DNA from: Thermoanaerobaculia bacterium
GTDB lineage: Bacteria; Acidobacteriota; Thermoanaerobaculia; UBA5066; Gp7-AA6
Direction: 5' to 3'
Assembly (NCBI GenBank): GCA_036558325.1
Contig: DATBFU010000062.1
Location: 55,048-119,047, forward strand
DNA: 64,000 bases
In this document: in pieces, positions 55,918 through 64,000 of the stretch
How the letters are laid out: every line of letters starts with the position of its first letter
How positions within the stretch are numbered: the stretch's first letter is position 1
Translations under genes and position numbers: made by a program
Notes under the pieces: generated by a model
The model's input: the letters and a program-made list of their open reading frames with translations, nothing else
What the model was told of the DNA's origin: nothing
Databases searched by the model: none

Positions 55918-57320
55918 GACGACGCTCCCTCGGCGGGTTCGCCGGCGCCTTCCGGGGCGGCTTGCGGATCACGGGGCTCGAAGACGCCGACCGTCAACGC
56001 GTCCTTCTGAAACGTCGCGGCGGCGACGCGGCGAACGTCCTCCGGCGTCACGCGCGCGACGCCGGCCGGATAGTCCACGTACCACTGCCAGTCCGCGACC
56101 GCGATCGCTTCCGAGAGCGACGCCGCGATCTGGTCCGTCGAGTCCCGGTCGAAGATGATCTCCGCCTCGATCTGGGTCTGCGCTTTGCGCACTTCGGCGT
56201 CGGTGACGCCCGACGCGGCGACGCGCGCGGTCTCCTCGCGGATGACGGTCTCGACCGTCGCCGCCGCGATGCCCGGCCGCACCGGCGCGAAGACCGAGAA
56301 GAGCGAAGGATCGCGCAGCTGCCAGGGCACGACGGTGACGGAGAGCGCGAGGTTCTTCTCGACGAGCGCCTGATAGAGGCGGGACGTCAACCCGCCGCCG
56401 AGCAGGTTGCCGAGGACGGCGAGCGCCGGCGTGTCGGGATGTGCCGCCTCGACGGAGCGCCACGACAGGGCGACCCAGGCGACCTGACCGGTGCGGCGTA
56501 CCTGGAACCGCCGCTCGCCTTCCTGAGGCGGCTCGACGGTGTAGATCCGCGGGATCGGACGGGGCGACGGCGGGATCGGCCCGAAATGGCCCTCGACGAG
56601 CGCGAGCACCTCGTGCTCCTCGAAGTCGCCGATCACCATCGCGGTCGCGTTGTTCGGGTGGTAGAAGACGTCGTAGAACTCGCGCAGGCGCTCCGTCGTC
56701 ACGCCCTCGATGTCGCTCTTCCAGCCGATCGTCGGATGGTGATACGGGTGCTCGCGAAAGGCCGTCGCGAAGGACTGCTTGTAGAGGACCTGAAAGGGCG
56801 AGTTCTCGCCGCGCTCGAACTCGTTCCGGACGACGGTCATCTCCGGCGCCCGGTCCTCGTCGCGCAAGAGCGACCGCCGCATGCGGGAGGCCTCGAGCCG
56901 CAGCACGGTCTCCAGTCCGTCCGACGGAATCGTCTCGTAGTAATTCGTCCGGTCGAACCAGGTGGTCGCGTTGAAGCGCGCGCCGAGCGCCTCCAAGACC
57001 GCCGCGATCGCCGTGCCCGCCTCGCGCCGGTAATCCGGCGTGCCCTTGAACATCAGGTGCTCGAGCAGGTGCGTCGCGCCCGTGTACCCGACGGCCTCGT
57101 TGCGGCTGCCGACTCGATAGACGACGGCAAACGTCGCGACGGGCGCGACACGGTTGGAGAGAAGCAGGAGCTCCAGTCCGTTTCGGCGATGTCGCCACTC
57201 CCGAATGCCGGCCTTCTCGCGGACGAGCTCGAAGGCGTCCGCCGGGCTCGCGGTCTTGGGTTCCGGACTCGAGGCGGGGACTCCTGGCGCGGTCTGGTCG
57301 GACGCCGACCGGGGGTTCAC
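55914..57320 (-). CDS. M16-family zinc peptidase (pitrilysin/insulinase-like), catalytic subunit
   Basis: GTG at 57320 overlaps the reductase stop (GTGA). 468 aa with the inverted zinc motif HLLEHLMFKG and a downstream glutamate region NEFERGENS. Confidence 0.88.
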   Translation of the reverse strand: MNPRSASDQTAPGVPASSPEPKTASPADAFELVREKAGIREWRHRRNGLELLLLSNRVAPVATFAVVYRVGSRNEAVGYTGATHLLEHLMFKGTPDYRREAGTAIAAVLEALGARFNATTWFDRTNYYETIPSDGLETVLRLEASRMRRSLLRDEDRAPEMTVVRNEFERGENSPFQVLYKQSFATAFREHPYHHPTIGWKSDIEGVTTERLREFYDVFYHPNNATAMVIGDFEEHEVLALVEGHFGPIPPSPRPIPRIYTVEPPQEGERRFQVRRTGQVAWVALSWRSVEAAHPDTPALAVLGNLLGGGLTSRLYQALVEKNLALSVTVVPWQLRDPSLFSVFAPVRPGIAAATVETVIREETARVAASGVTDAEVRKAQTQIEAEIIFDRDSTDQIAASLSEAIAVADWQWYVDYPAGVARVTPEDVRRVAAATFQKDALTVGVFEPRDPQAAPEGAGEPAEGASS

Positions 57321-58129
57321 CGGCCCCCCGCCACGTCCTCGCCTCCGTCCACGCCGATGACGTTCCCGCTGACCCAGGCGCCGCCGGGCTGCGACAGCGC
57401 CACGAGCGCGGCGGCGACGTCGGACGGAGTCGTCAGCCGCCCCGCGGGATGCATCTTCTGCACGCGGTCGATCATCTCCTGGTTGCCGGGAATCTTGCGA
57501 AGCGCCGGCGTGTCCGTGACGCCCGCGCGCAGCGCGTTGACGGAGATCTTGCGGGGCGCGAGCTCCACCGCGAGCTGCCGGACCCACGCCTCGAGCGCCG
57601 CCTTGGCTGCCGACACGGCGCCGTACGCCGGCCACACGATGTGATCGCCGGCGGAGGTCATGGCGAAGATGCGGCCGCCGGGCGCGAAGAGGTCTCCGAA
57701 GACGAGGTCCTGCGTCCAGTAGGCGAGTGAGTTCGCCATGACGTCGAGCGTCATCTCGATCTGCGCCTTCGAAAGCGAAGCCTCGCGATTCTCGCCGAAG
57801 ACCGGCTTCAACGTCCCGAAGGCGAGGGAATGCAGCAGGACCGACACGCGCGACTCCGGCGGGTCGCCGCTGCACGTTTTGGCGATCGCGGCGACGACCT
57901 CCGCGCGCTTGGCCTCGTCGGCGGCGTTGATATTGAAGAACTCGGCGCGTCGGCCGGTCGCGGCGATCTCCGCGACGATGCGGTCCACGTTGGCCTGCGT
58001 CGCCTTGCGGTCGAGGTGGACGCCGAAGACGTTCCATCCTGCGCGCGCGAGCGCGATCGAACAGGCCTCGCCGAAGCCGGAGGAGGCCCCGAGCACGAGG
58101 GCCCAGCGGGTGCGGTTTTCCGCCGACAA
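57317..58129 (-). CDS. enoyl-ACP-reductase-like SDR (FabI/FabL-type Y-x6-K)
   Basis: 270 aa. LVLGASSGFGEA and YGAVSAAKAAL (Tyr-x6-Lys spacing typical of enoyl reductases, not classical YxxxK) are present. Confidence 0.8.
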   Translation of the reverse strand: MSAENRTRWALVLGASSGFGEACSIALARAGWNVFGVHLDRKATQANVDRIVAEIAATGRRAEFFNINAADEAKRAEVVAAIAKTCSGDPPESRVSVLLHSLAFGTLKPVFGENREASLSKAQIEMTLDVMANSLAYWTQDLVFGDLFAPGGRIFAMTSAGDHIVWPAYGAVSAAKAALEAWVRQLAVELAPRKISVNALRAGVTDTPALRKIPGNQEMIDRVQKMHPAGRLTTPSDVAAALVALSQPGGAWVSGNVIGVDGGEDVAGGR

Positions 58130-58465
58130 AACGGCGCGAATGTTAGCACGTGCAATCCCGTACGACGGGACGAGCCGACGACGGAACGATCAACCGCGCG
58201 ATGAATTCTCGCGATCACTGAAGTCGTTCGCTCGCGGCGTGACCAAGTTTCGCGACCTTCGGAGCGAAACGACTCACGCCGCGGGAGCCAGAGCGCAGCG
58301 AGGGAATTCCGGCGAGCGGTCGAGGCCCCTTCGCCGAGCCGCGAGCCGGTGTTCGGGCGGCGCCACGCCGTTCGAGAGAAGTCGCCGAACCGGATGCGCC
58401 GCCCGAGCAGATTCCCGAGCAAGCGAAGGCGACGGACGATAAACTCCGTGTTTCGAGGAGGTCCC

Positions 58466-59824
58466 ATGCGGATTCGAATCCTCGCGCTCGCCGCGGCGTT
58501 CTCGCTCGCGGCGACGCTTCCCGGGCGCGCCCAGACGGCCGAGACCGCGGCCGGCCCGCCGATGCGGCAGGAGATCGTCCTCACCAACCAGAACCTCGCC
58601 GTCGTCAACGAGACGCGGCGCGCGGACCTGCCGGCCGGCCCGGTCGTCCTCTCGTGGAGCATCCCGGCGGCCGCCCGCACGGAGACCTGGAGTCTCGTCA
58701 ACGCAGGCGCGGCCGCGGTGCGATTCCTCGGCCTCACCGCCGGCCTGCCCGAAGGCAATGCGCTCGCCGAGCTCGTCGGCCACCGCGTGCGCGTCGAGCG
58801 ACCGGGCGGCGCGTCGGCGGAAGCCGAGATCGTCGCGGTTTCCGGCGCCGGTCCCGACCAGGTCCTCTTCCGCGAAGGCAGCGACCTCGTCTATGGCGAG
58901 CCCGGCGCGCGTCTCGTCCTCGAAGGTCCGGCGCCCGGCCACGCCGTCCGCCTGAAGCTCGCCAGCGAGCGCGCCGGCGCGCGGGACCTCGCGGGGCGCT
59001 ACCTCGTCTCGGACGTCGGCTGGGAGGCGAATTACGCTCTGGCGCTCTCCGCCGACGAGAAGAGCGGGCGCCTCGAAGGCTGGTTCACGGTCGACAACCG
59101 GTCGGGCGCGGCCTTCGCGCCGACGCGGCTGCGCCTCCTCGCGGGGAACCTGCGCACGGCGCCGGCGCCGCGGCCGCAGGCGGCCTATCGGGCCGAGGCC
59201 GCCGTCATCGGCGGAGTGGCCGCGTCCGAGGCCGTCTCCGAGTCGCGCATGTACGAGGTCGCCTCGCCCGGCGCGCTGCCGTCCGGCCGCACGACCTTTC
59301 CGCTCGCGGCGGACATGGACGTCCCGATCGAGAAGCGTTACGTCGCGCGCACGACGTATTGGTTCGGCGAGAACGCCGACAGCCAGACGGTTCCCGTCGC
59401 GGTGATCTACAAGGTCGGCGCGAAAAAGCTCGCCGCGGCGCTGCCGGCCGGCGTCGTTCGCGTGTACTCGGACGGGGGATCCGTGTTCGGGGGCGAGGAC
59501 CGCATCGCGCACCTGCCCGAGCGCACGGACTTCGAGATCGAGGTCTCCGAGGCGTTCGACCTCTCGGCGCGCCGGAGGCAGACGAGCTTCACACAGGTCG
59601 GTCCGCGGGAATCGGAGTCCGCCTGGGAGGTGACGATCTCGAGCCGAAAGAAGGACGACGCGACCGTCGCCGTGCGCGAGACCTTTCCCGGCGACTGGAA
59701 GGTCCTCGAGTCGTCGCTCCCGGCCGTCTCGAAGAGCGCGCGCGTGGCCGAGTTCGCGGTGCCGGTTCCGGCCGGCGGCGAGGCGCGCCTGACGTACCGC
59801 GTCCGCGTACGCACGGGCCGCTGA
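58466..59824 (+). CDS. DUF4139-like secreted protein (hypothetical)
   Basis: ATG at 58466 is preceded by GAGGAG. The signal peptide is MRIRILALAAAFSLAATLPGRAQT. 452 aa. The family name is tentative, based on general pattern memory. Confidence 0.65.
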   Translation: MRIRILALAAAFSLAATLPGRAQTAETAAGPPMRQEIVLTNQNLAVVNETRRADLPAGPVVLSWSIPAAARTETWSLVNAGAAAVRFLGLTAGLPEGNALAELVGHRVRVERPGGASAEAEIVAVSGAGPDQVLFREGSDLVYGEPGARLVLEGPAPGHAVRLKLASERAGARDLAGRYLVSDVGWEANYALALSADEKSGRLEGWFTVDNRSGAAFAPTRLRLLAGNLRTAPAPRPQAAYRAEAAVIGGVAASEAVSESRMYEVASPGALPSGRTTFPLAADMDVPIEKRYVARTTYWFGENADSQTVPVAVIYKVGAKKLAAALPAGVVRVYSDGGSVFGGEDRIAHLPERTDFEIEVSEAFDLSARRRQTSFTQVGPRESESAWEVTISSRKKDDATVAVRETFPGDWKVLESSLPAVSKSARVAEFAVPVPAGGEARLTYRVRVRTGR

Positions 59825-59828
59825 GAAT

Positions 59829-61445
59829 TTGACCGACGTCCGCTCCGAGAAGGGGTCCGCCCGGCTCCTCGTCCTCGCCCTCGGGGCGCTCCTCGCCGCC
59901 GTCTGGCTCGAAGCGCCCGGCTCACGCCTGGCCGAGCCCGACGAGGCGCGTTACGCCGAGATTCCGCGGGAGATGCTCGCCGCGCGTGATTTCGTCACGC
60001 CGACATTAAACGGCGTGCCCTACTTCGAGAAGCCGCCGCTCCTCTACTGGGCCAACGCCGCGAGCTTCGCCATTTTCGGCGAAAACCCGTTCGCCGCCCG
60101 CCTCCCGACGCGCCTCGCCGGGACCGCCACGGCGCTCCTCCTCGCCTGGGCGGTGGGACGGAAGCGCGGCCGCACGGAAGGGCTCCTCGCGGCGATCCTC
60201 GTCCTCGCGGCGCCGTTCGGGTTCACGGCGGCGCGGACGAATCTGACCGACGGCATTCTGACGTTCTGCTTCACGGCAACGCTCTTCGCGTCGTGGGAGG
60301 TCCTCGACCGCGCAAACGACGGCCGCCCGACCGCGGCGCCCGCCGCGCTCGCGGGCGCACTGGCCGCCGCGGGATTTCTCGCGAAGGGGCTCGTGGCGAT
60401 CGTCCTGCCCGGCGCGATCCTCGTTCTCGGCGCCTTCCTCGCGCGCCGGCCGCGAACGCTCCGGGCGCTTCTCGTATCGCCCGCGCCGTTCGTCTTCCTC
60501 GCGCTCGCCGCGCCGTGGTTCGTGCTCGCCGAGCGAGCGCACCCGGGCTTCCTGAACTTCTTCTTCGTGCACGAGCACTTCCAGCGCTTCGCGACGCCCG
60601 CGGCGAGCCGCCCCGGGCCGATCTACTACTTCGCCGCGCTCTTTCTTGCGGGCTTCCTGCCGGGACTGCCGTTTCTCTTCCGCGGCGCGCGCGAGGCCGG
60701 GCGGCGCGACCCCTTTGCGCTCTTTCTCGTCCTTTGGGCGGCCGTCGTGATCGTTTTCTTCTCGCTCTCGAAGAGCAAGCTGCCGCCGTACATCTTCCCG
60801 GCGTTTCCGCCGGCCGCCGCGCTCGCGGCACGGGGGCTGGCCGGCGCCCGACGGAAGGCGCCGTGGATCGCGCACGCCGCGCTCGCGGCGGCCCTCATCG
60901 TCGCAGTCGCGGCTGTCCCGGACGCCCGGGAAGAAATCGCGCGCGGAGGCATCGGGGCCCTCGCCGTCGCGGGCGCGCTCTCGCTCGCGGCCGGCGCGGT
61001 CTTCGGCCTCCTCACGAAGAATCCCCTGCGGGCCGCAGCGGCGCTCGGGCTCGGATGGGCGGGCTTCTACGCCGTTCTCGATCTGGCGTGGCCGCGCGTC
61101 GAGCTCTCGACGGGCCTGCCCGCGCTCGCCGCCGAGGCGCGGGACGCGGCGGCGCCTTCGGGAGCGCGCGTCGTCTCGTACCGCGGCTACGTCCAGCCCC
61201 TCCCGTGGGAGATGCGCGCGATCGTTCCGATCGTCGACTACAAGGGAGAGATCGAGGACTGGTGGCTGCCGCAGGGCCGTCTCCGCGAAATCTTCTGGAC
61301 GCGTGAGCGATTCTGGGACACGTGGCGCTCCGAGCGGATCGTGGCCCTCGCCCGGGACCGGGATCGCGAGGACTTCCGCGGCGCGAGCCCTCCCGCGCGC
61401 TTCCTCGCCTGCCGCGACAATTACTGCGTCGTCGTCAACTGGTAG
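59829..61445 (+). CDS. ArnT/PMT-like glycosyltransferase family 39 (lipid- or protein-modifying, polytopic)
   Basis: 538 aa with many TM segments. The N-terminal motif is EARYAEIPREML...TPTLNGVPYFEKPPLLYW. Confidence 0.85.
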   Translation: MTDVRSEKGSARLLVLALGALLAAVWLEAPGSRLAEPDEARYAEIPREMLAARDFVTPTLNGVPYFEKPPLLYWANAASFAIFGENPFAARLPTRLAGTATALLLAWAVGRKRGRTEGLLAAILVLAAPFGFTAARTNLTDGILTFCFTATLFASWEVLDRANDGRPTAAPAALAGALAAAGFLAKGLVAIVLPGAILVLGAFLARRPRTLRALLVSPAPFVFLALAAPWFVLAERAHPGFLNFFFVHEHFQRFATPAASRPGPIYYFAALFLAGFLPGLPFLFRGAREAGRRDPFALFLVLWAAVVIVFFSLSKSKLPPYIFPAFPPAAALAARGLAGARRKAPWIAHAALAAALIVAVAAVPDAREEIARGGIGALAVAGALSLAAGAVFGLLTKNPLRAAAALGLGWAGFYAVLDLAWPRVELSTGLPALAAEARDAAAPSGARVVSYRGYVQPLPWEMRAIVPIVDYKGEIEDWWLPQGRLREIFWTRERFWDTWRSERIVALARDRDREDFRGASPPARFLACRDNYCVVVNW

Positions 61446-62646
61446 CCGCCCGCGGGACGCGGGCCCGCGCCGCGAAACGGTCGGCCGCCGCGAAGGCCAG
61501 CGGGTTGAGCGTGATCGAAAGGAGCGCGCCCGCGAGGATCAGGCTCTGCCCTTCCGCCGGAAGGAGACCCAGTTCCACCGCCAGGCCGGCCAGGATGAAG
61601 GAGAACTCCCCGATCTGAGCGAGGGCCGCGGAGACGGCGAGCGCGGTCGAGAGCGGCCGGCGCAGCGCGAGCACGATGGCGAGTGCGGCGAGCGACTTTC
61701 CGACGACGACGATCGCGACGACGCCGAGCAGCCGCAACGGCTCGCGCACGACCACGGACGGATCGAAGAGCATTCCCACGGCCACGAAGAAGAGCGCGGC
61801 GAAGGCGTCCTGGAGCGGCTGCGTATCGGACGCGGCCCGGCGCGACAGCTCGGACTCGTTGATCACGACGCCCGCGAAGAACGCGCCGAGCGCGAAAGAG
61901 ACGCCGAAGAGTCGCGCCGCGCCGAACGCGACGCCGAGCGCGACGGCGATGGCGCCGAGCGTGAAGAGCTCGCGCGAGCCGGTCTTCTCGACCCATTTCA
62001 GGAGCCAGGGGAACAGCCGCACGCCGCCGACGAGCATGAGCGCGACGAAGAGGACGAGCTTGCCGATCGTGATCGCGAGGGCGAGCCCGAGGGATCCGGA
62101 CGCTCCCTCGTGCGCCGCGGCGCGGGCTCCCGCGAGCGCCGGCAGAAGCACGAGCGCGAGGACCATCGCGAGGTCCTCGACGACGAGCCACCCGACCGCG
62201 ATCCGCCCGTCCGGCGTCGTGAGCTGCCCGCGCGCTTCGAGCGCGCGCAGGAGAACCACCGTGCTCGCGACCGAGAGCGAGAGGCCGAATACGAGCCCGT
62301 TCGAGAGCGGCCAGCCCCACCAGGACGCCAGACCGGCACCCAGAGCCGTCGCCGCCGCGATCTGCGCCGCCGCCCCGGGGACGGCGACGCCCCGCACGGC
62401 CATCAGATCGCCGATCGAGAAGTGCATCCCGACGCCGAACATCAGGAGGATGACGCCGATCTCGGCGAGCTGCGGCGCGAGCTTCGCGTCCGCGACGAAC
62501 CCGGGCGTGAACGGGCCGACCGCGATTCCGGCCACGAGATAGCCGACGAGGGGCGGAAGCTTCAGCCGCACGGCGAGAAGGCCGCCGATGAACGCGAAGA
62601 CGAGGCTGACGGCGAGGGTCGAGAGGAGCGCCGTCTCGCCGTGCAC
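61435..62646 (-). CDS. cation:proton antiporter (CPA2, Kef/YbaL-like membrane domain)
   Basis: 403 aa. The sequence LKLPPLVGYLVAGIAVGPFTPGFV is present. It is polytopic and has no attached TrkA/KTN domain. It overlaps the GT39 gene by 11 nt (convergent). Confidence 0.88.
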   Translation of the reverse strand: MHGETALLSTLAVSLVFAFIGGLLAVRLKLPPLVGYLVAGIAVGPFTPGFVADAKLAPQLAEIGVILLMFGVGMHFSIGDLMAVRGVAVPGAAAQIAAATALGAGLASWWGWPLSNGLVFGLSLSVASTVVLLRALEARGQLTTPDGRIAVGWLVVEDLAMVLALVLLPALAGARAAAHEGASGSLGLALAITIGKLVLFVALMLVGGVRLFPWLLKWVEKTGSRELFTLGAIAVALGVAFGAARLFGVSFALGAFFAGVVINESELSRRAASDTQPLQDAFAALFFVAVGMLFDPSVVVREPLRLLGVVAIVVVGKSLAALAIVLALRRPLSTALAVSAALAQIGEFSFILAGLAVELGLLPAEGQSLILAGALLSITLNPLAFAAADRFAARARVPRAATS

Positions 62647-62690
62647 GGCGTACGTCTATCAGAAATCGCCCGCCCGGCGGCGGAGACGCC

Positions 62691-64000
62691 TCAGGGAATG
62701 TAGCCGCGAATGGTCCGCGCCGTCACGCCGGGTTTCCCGATGGCGACGGCGATGGAGCGGTACTCGCCCGGGGGCTTCGGGGAGTCGCTGCGGAAGGCGA
62801 GGATGTATTGCGACCGGAGCTCCTCTTCGATCTGGCGCGTGACCTCGCCGATCTTCTCGGCGTTGCTCATGTGGAAGACGAGGCCGCCGGACTCCTCCGC
62901 GATCTGTTTGGTGACCTTTCGCGACCGGAAGTCCGTCAGCGGAATCCCGACCGCGAGGAAGTAGACCGGAGCGCCGGCCGAGCGCGCGTAGCGCAGCAGC
63001 GTCTCGAAATCCACGTGCGACCGGTTGTCATCCCCGTCGGTGATGACGATCAGCGCCTTGCGACCCTGCAGCGCCCGGAACTGATAGAGGCCGAGGACGA
63101 CCGCGTCGTAGAGCGCCGTCGCCCCTTCGGCCCGCGTGTCGGTGGCGGCGCGCTGCAGCGAAGGCGAGTCGCTCGTCAGCTCCTGGAGGAACCTGGCCTT
63201 GTCGTGAAACTCGATCACGAAGCCCTGATCCTTCGCGCGGATCAGGTTCTTGAAGAGTGCCGAAGACGCCTCGTGCACGAAGGGCAGGCTTTTCTCCATC
63301 GATCCGGAGCCGTCGACGACGAGGCCGACGGTCAGCGGCAGGTTCTCGGCCAGCTCGAAGCCGCTCATCTCTTCGGGCTTGCCGTCCTCTTTGATGGTGA
63401 AGTCGTTCTGCGAAAGGCCCTTGACGAAGCGGCCCTCCTTGTCGAGCGCGGAGACGTGGAGCTGCACGACGTCGACGCGCACGGACTCGACCGTCGTCTG
63501 AGGCCCCCTGAGCATCCGGATGTCGTTGGCTTCCTGGCCGTCGCCCGTCACCGCGGTGGCGCGCAGGAGCGTGGCGTTGGCGTACTGCGCGGCGGGGATC
63601 GTCGCTTCGTACGGAGGCGACGTCCACGAAGCCATCTTCTTGTCGTCGAGGAAGAGTTCGATCTTCTTGGCGACGCCGCCATTGATGGACTGGACCGCCA
63701 CTTTGACGAGGACGGCGCCGGTCGCGGGATCCATGTGCGGGAGCAGGCGGACGACGACGCGGTCCTTGCCCTGATTGATCGCGTAGGCGTCCTCGTCGAT
63801 CACGGCGCCGGTCGCGTCGTATCCGACCGCGCGCAGGGTCTGCCGCCGCGGGACGTCGCCCAGGTCGATCTCGACGGAGTAGGGCGGCCTGGTCCGCGTC
63901 ACGATGCGCTTGTCCTCGAGGTAGAACTCGACGCGCTCGATCGGCGGCGCGGCGACGGCTTCGAGGCGCAGGATGCCGATCGGAGTCTCGCGGTTGGGCG
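62691..64000 (-). CDS. VWA-domain protein (VWFA-related acidobacterial type), 5'-partial at window edge
   Basis: The VWA MIDAS context is LVVDGSGSM. The C-terminus is YRSIAVAIGKPGVTARTIRGYIP. The frame stays open and protein-like upstream of the track start (63902) to the window end. Confidence 0.8.
   Translation of the reverse strand, partial: PNRETPIGILRLEAVAAPPIERVEFYLEDKRIVTRTRPPYSVEIDLGDVPRRQTLRAVGYDATGAVIDEDAYAINQGKDRVVVRLLPHMDPATGAVLVKVAVQSINGGVAKKIELFLDDKKMASWTSPPYEATIPAAQYANATLLRATAVTGDGQEANDIRMLRGPQTTVESVRVDVVQLHVSALDKEGRFVKGLSQNDFTIKEDGKPEEMSGFELAENLPLTVGLVVDGSGSMEKSLPFVHEASSALFKNLIRAKDQGFVIEFHDKARFLQELTSDSPSLQRAATDTRAEGATALYDAVVLGLYQFRALQGRKALIVITDGDDNRSHVDFETLLRYARSAGAPVYFLAVGIPLTDFRSRKVTKQIAEESGGLVFHMSNAEKIGEVTRQIEEELRSQYILAFRSDSPKPPGEYRSIAVAIGKPGVTARTIRGYIP

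Noticed and set aside
58247-58270. Hairpin GTTTCGC-GACCTTCGGA-GCGAAAC in the 336-bp divergent spacer, as a riboswitch or sRNA
   Set aside because: It is a single short stem-loop with no recognisable riboswitch core. It lacks a T-tract and I could see no second copy. It is too little to call.

Overview
Very GC-rich, densely packed bacterial chromosomal segment (GC judged by eye, not computed). I had no search tools, so all family names come from motifs I recognised in the ORF-track translations. The gene content (VWFA-related protein, CarboxypepD_reg-type secreted protein, CRTAC1/ASPIC protein, giant Ser/Thr kinase) suggests an Acidobacteriota-like organism, but this is inference only.

I support about 55 protein genes, 2 tRNA-Ser genes and several repeat families. 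I found no rRNA, CRISPR array, transposase or integrase. Many long ORFs in the track are alternate-frame or antisense artefacts of high GC. Real genes are often shorter than the track ORF, and I re-derived their start codons from the DNA.

Gene blocks, in order:
- 17-7070: exopolysaccharide/glycan cluster (WbaP-type primer transferase, one GT1, three GT2) with an MltF-like lytic transglycosylase embedded.
- serS.
- A Cys-rich secreted peptide plus a CarboxypepD_reg protein.
- DUF502.
- An 1888-aa kinase-NTPase-TPR protein carrying two SBP5 domains.
- tRNA-Ser(GCU).
- CRTAC1, halogenase-like and SDR genes as a tight operon.
- A tRNA-Ser(UGA) locus with an odd tandem repeat.
- An orphan response regulator.
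- A 1251-aa Gly-rich / Pro-Thr-rich / SLH surface protein.
- Antiporters and hydrolases.
- A pyrK-pyrD-pyrF operon.
- A fused E1 alpha/beta dehydrogenase.
- nadA.
- A MarR-controlled EmrAB-TolC-like efflux operon.
- nadC-nadB.
- A peptidase/amidase block with two pseudo-receiver proteins.
- An M16 peptidase pair plus a FabI-like reductase.
- DUF4139, an ArnT-like GT39, an antiporter and a partial VWA protein.

Most unusual observations:
1. Two 145-bp tandem units re-use the leader and first 21 nt of tRNA-Ser(UGA) and then fold into three GC-rich hairpins.
2. A cytoplasmic kinase/STAND protein is fused to two oligopeptide-type solute-binding domains.
3. A flavin-halogenase-like gene is coupled to an SDR and a secreted CRTAC1 protein.
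4. A low-GC islet encodes an 8-Cys secreted peptide.
5. REP-like elements and heptamer repeat families occur in intergenic regions.
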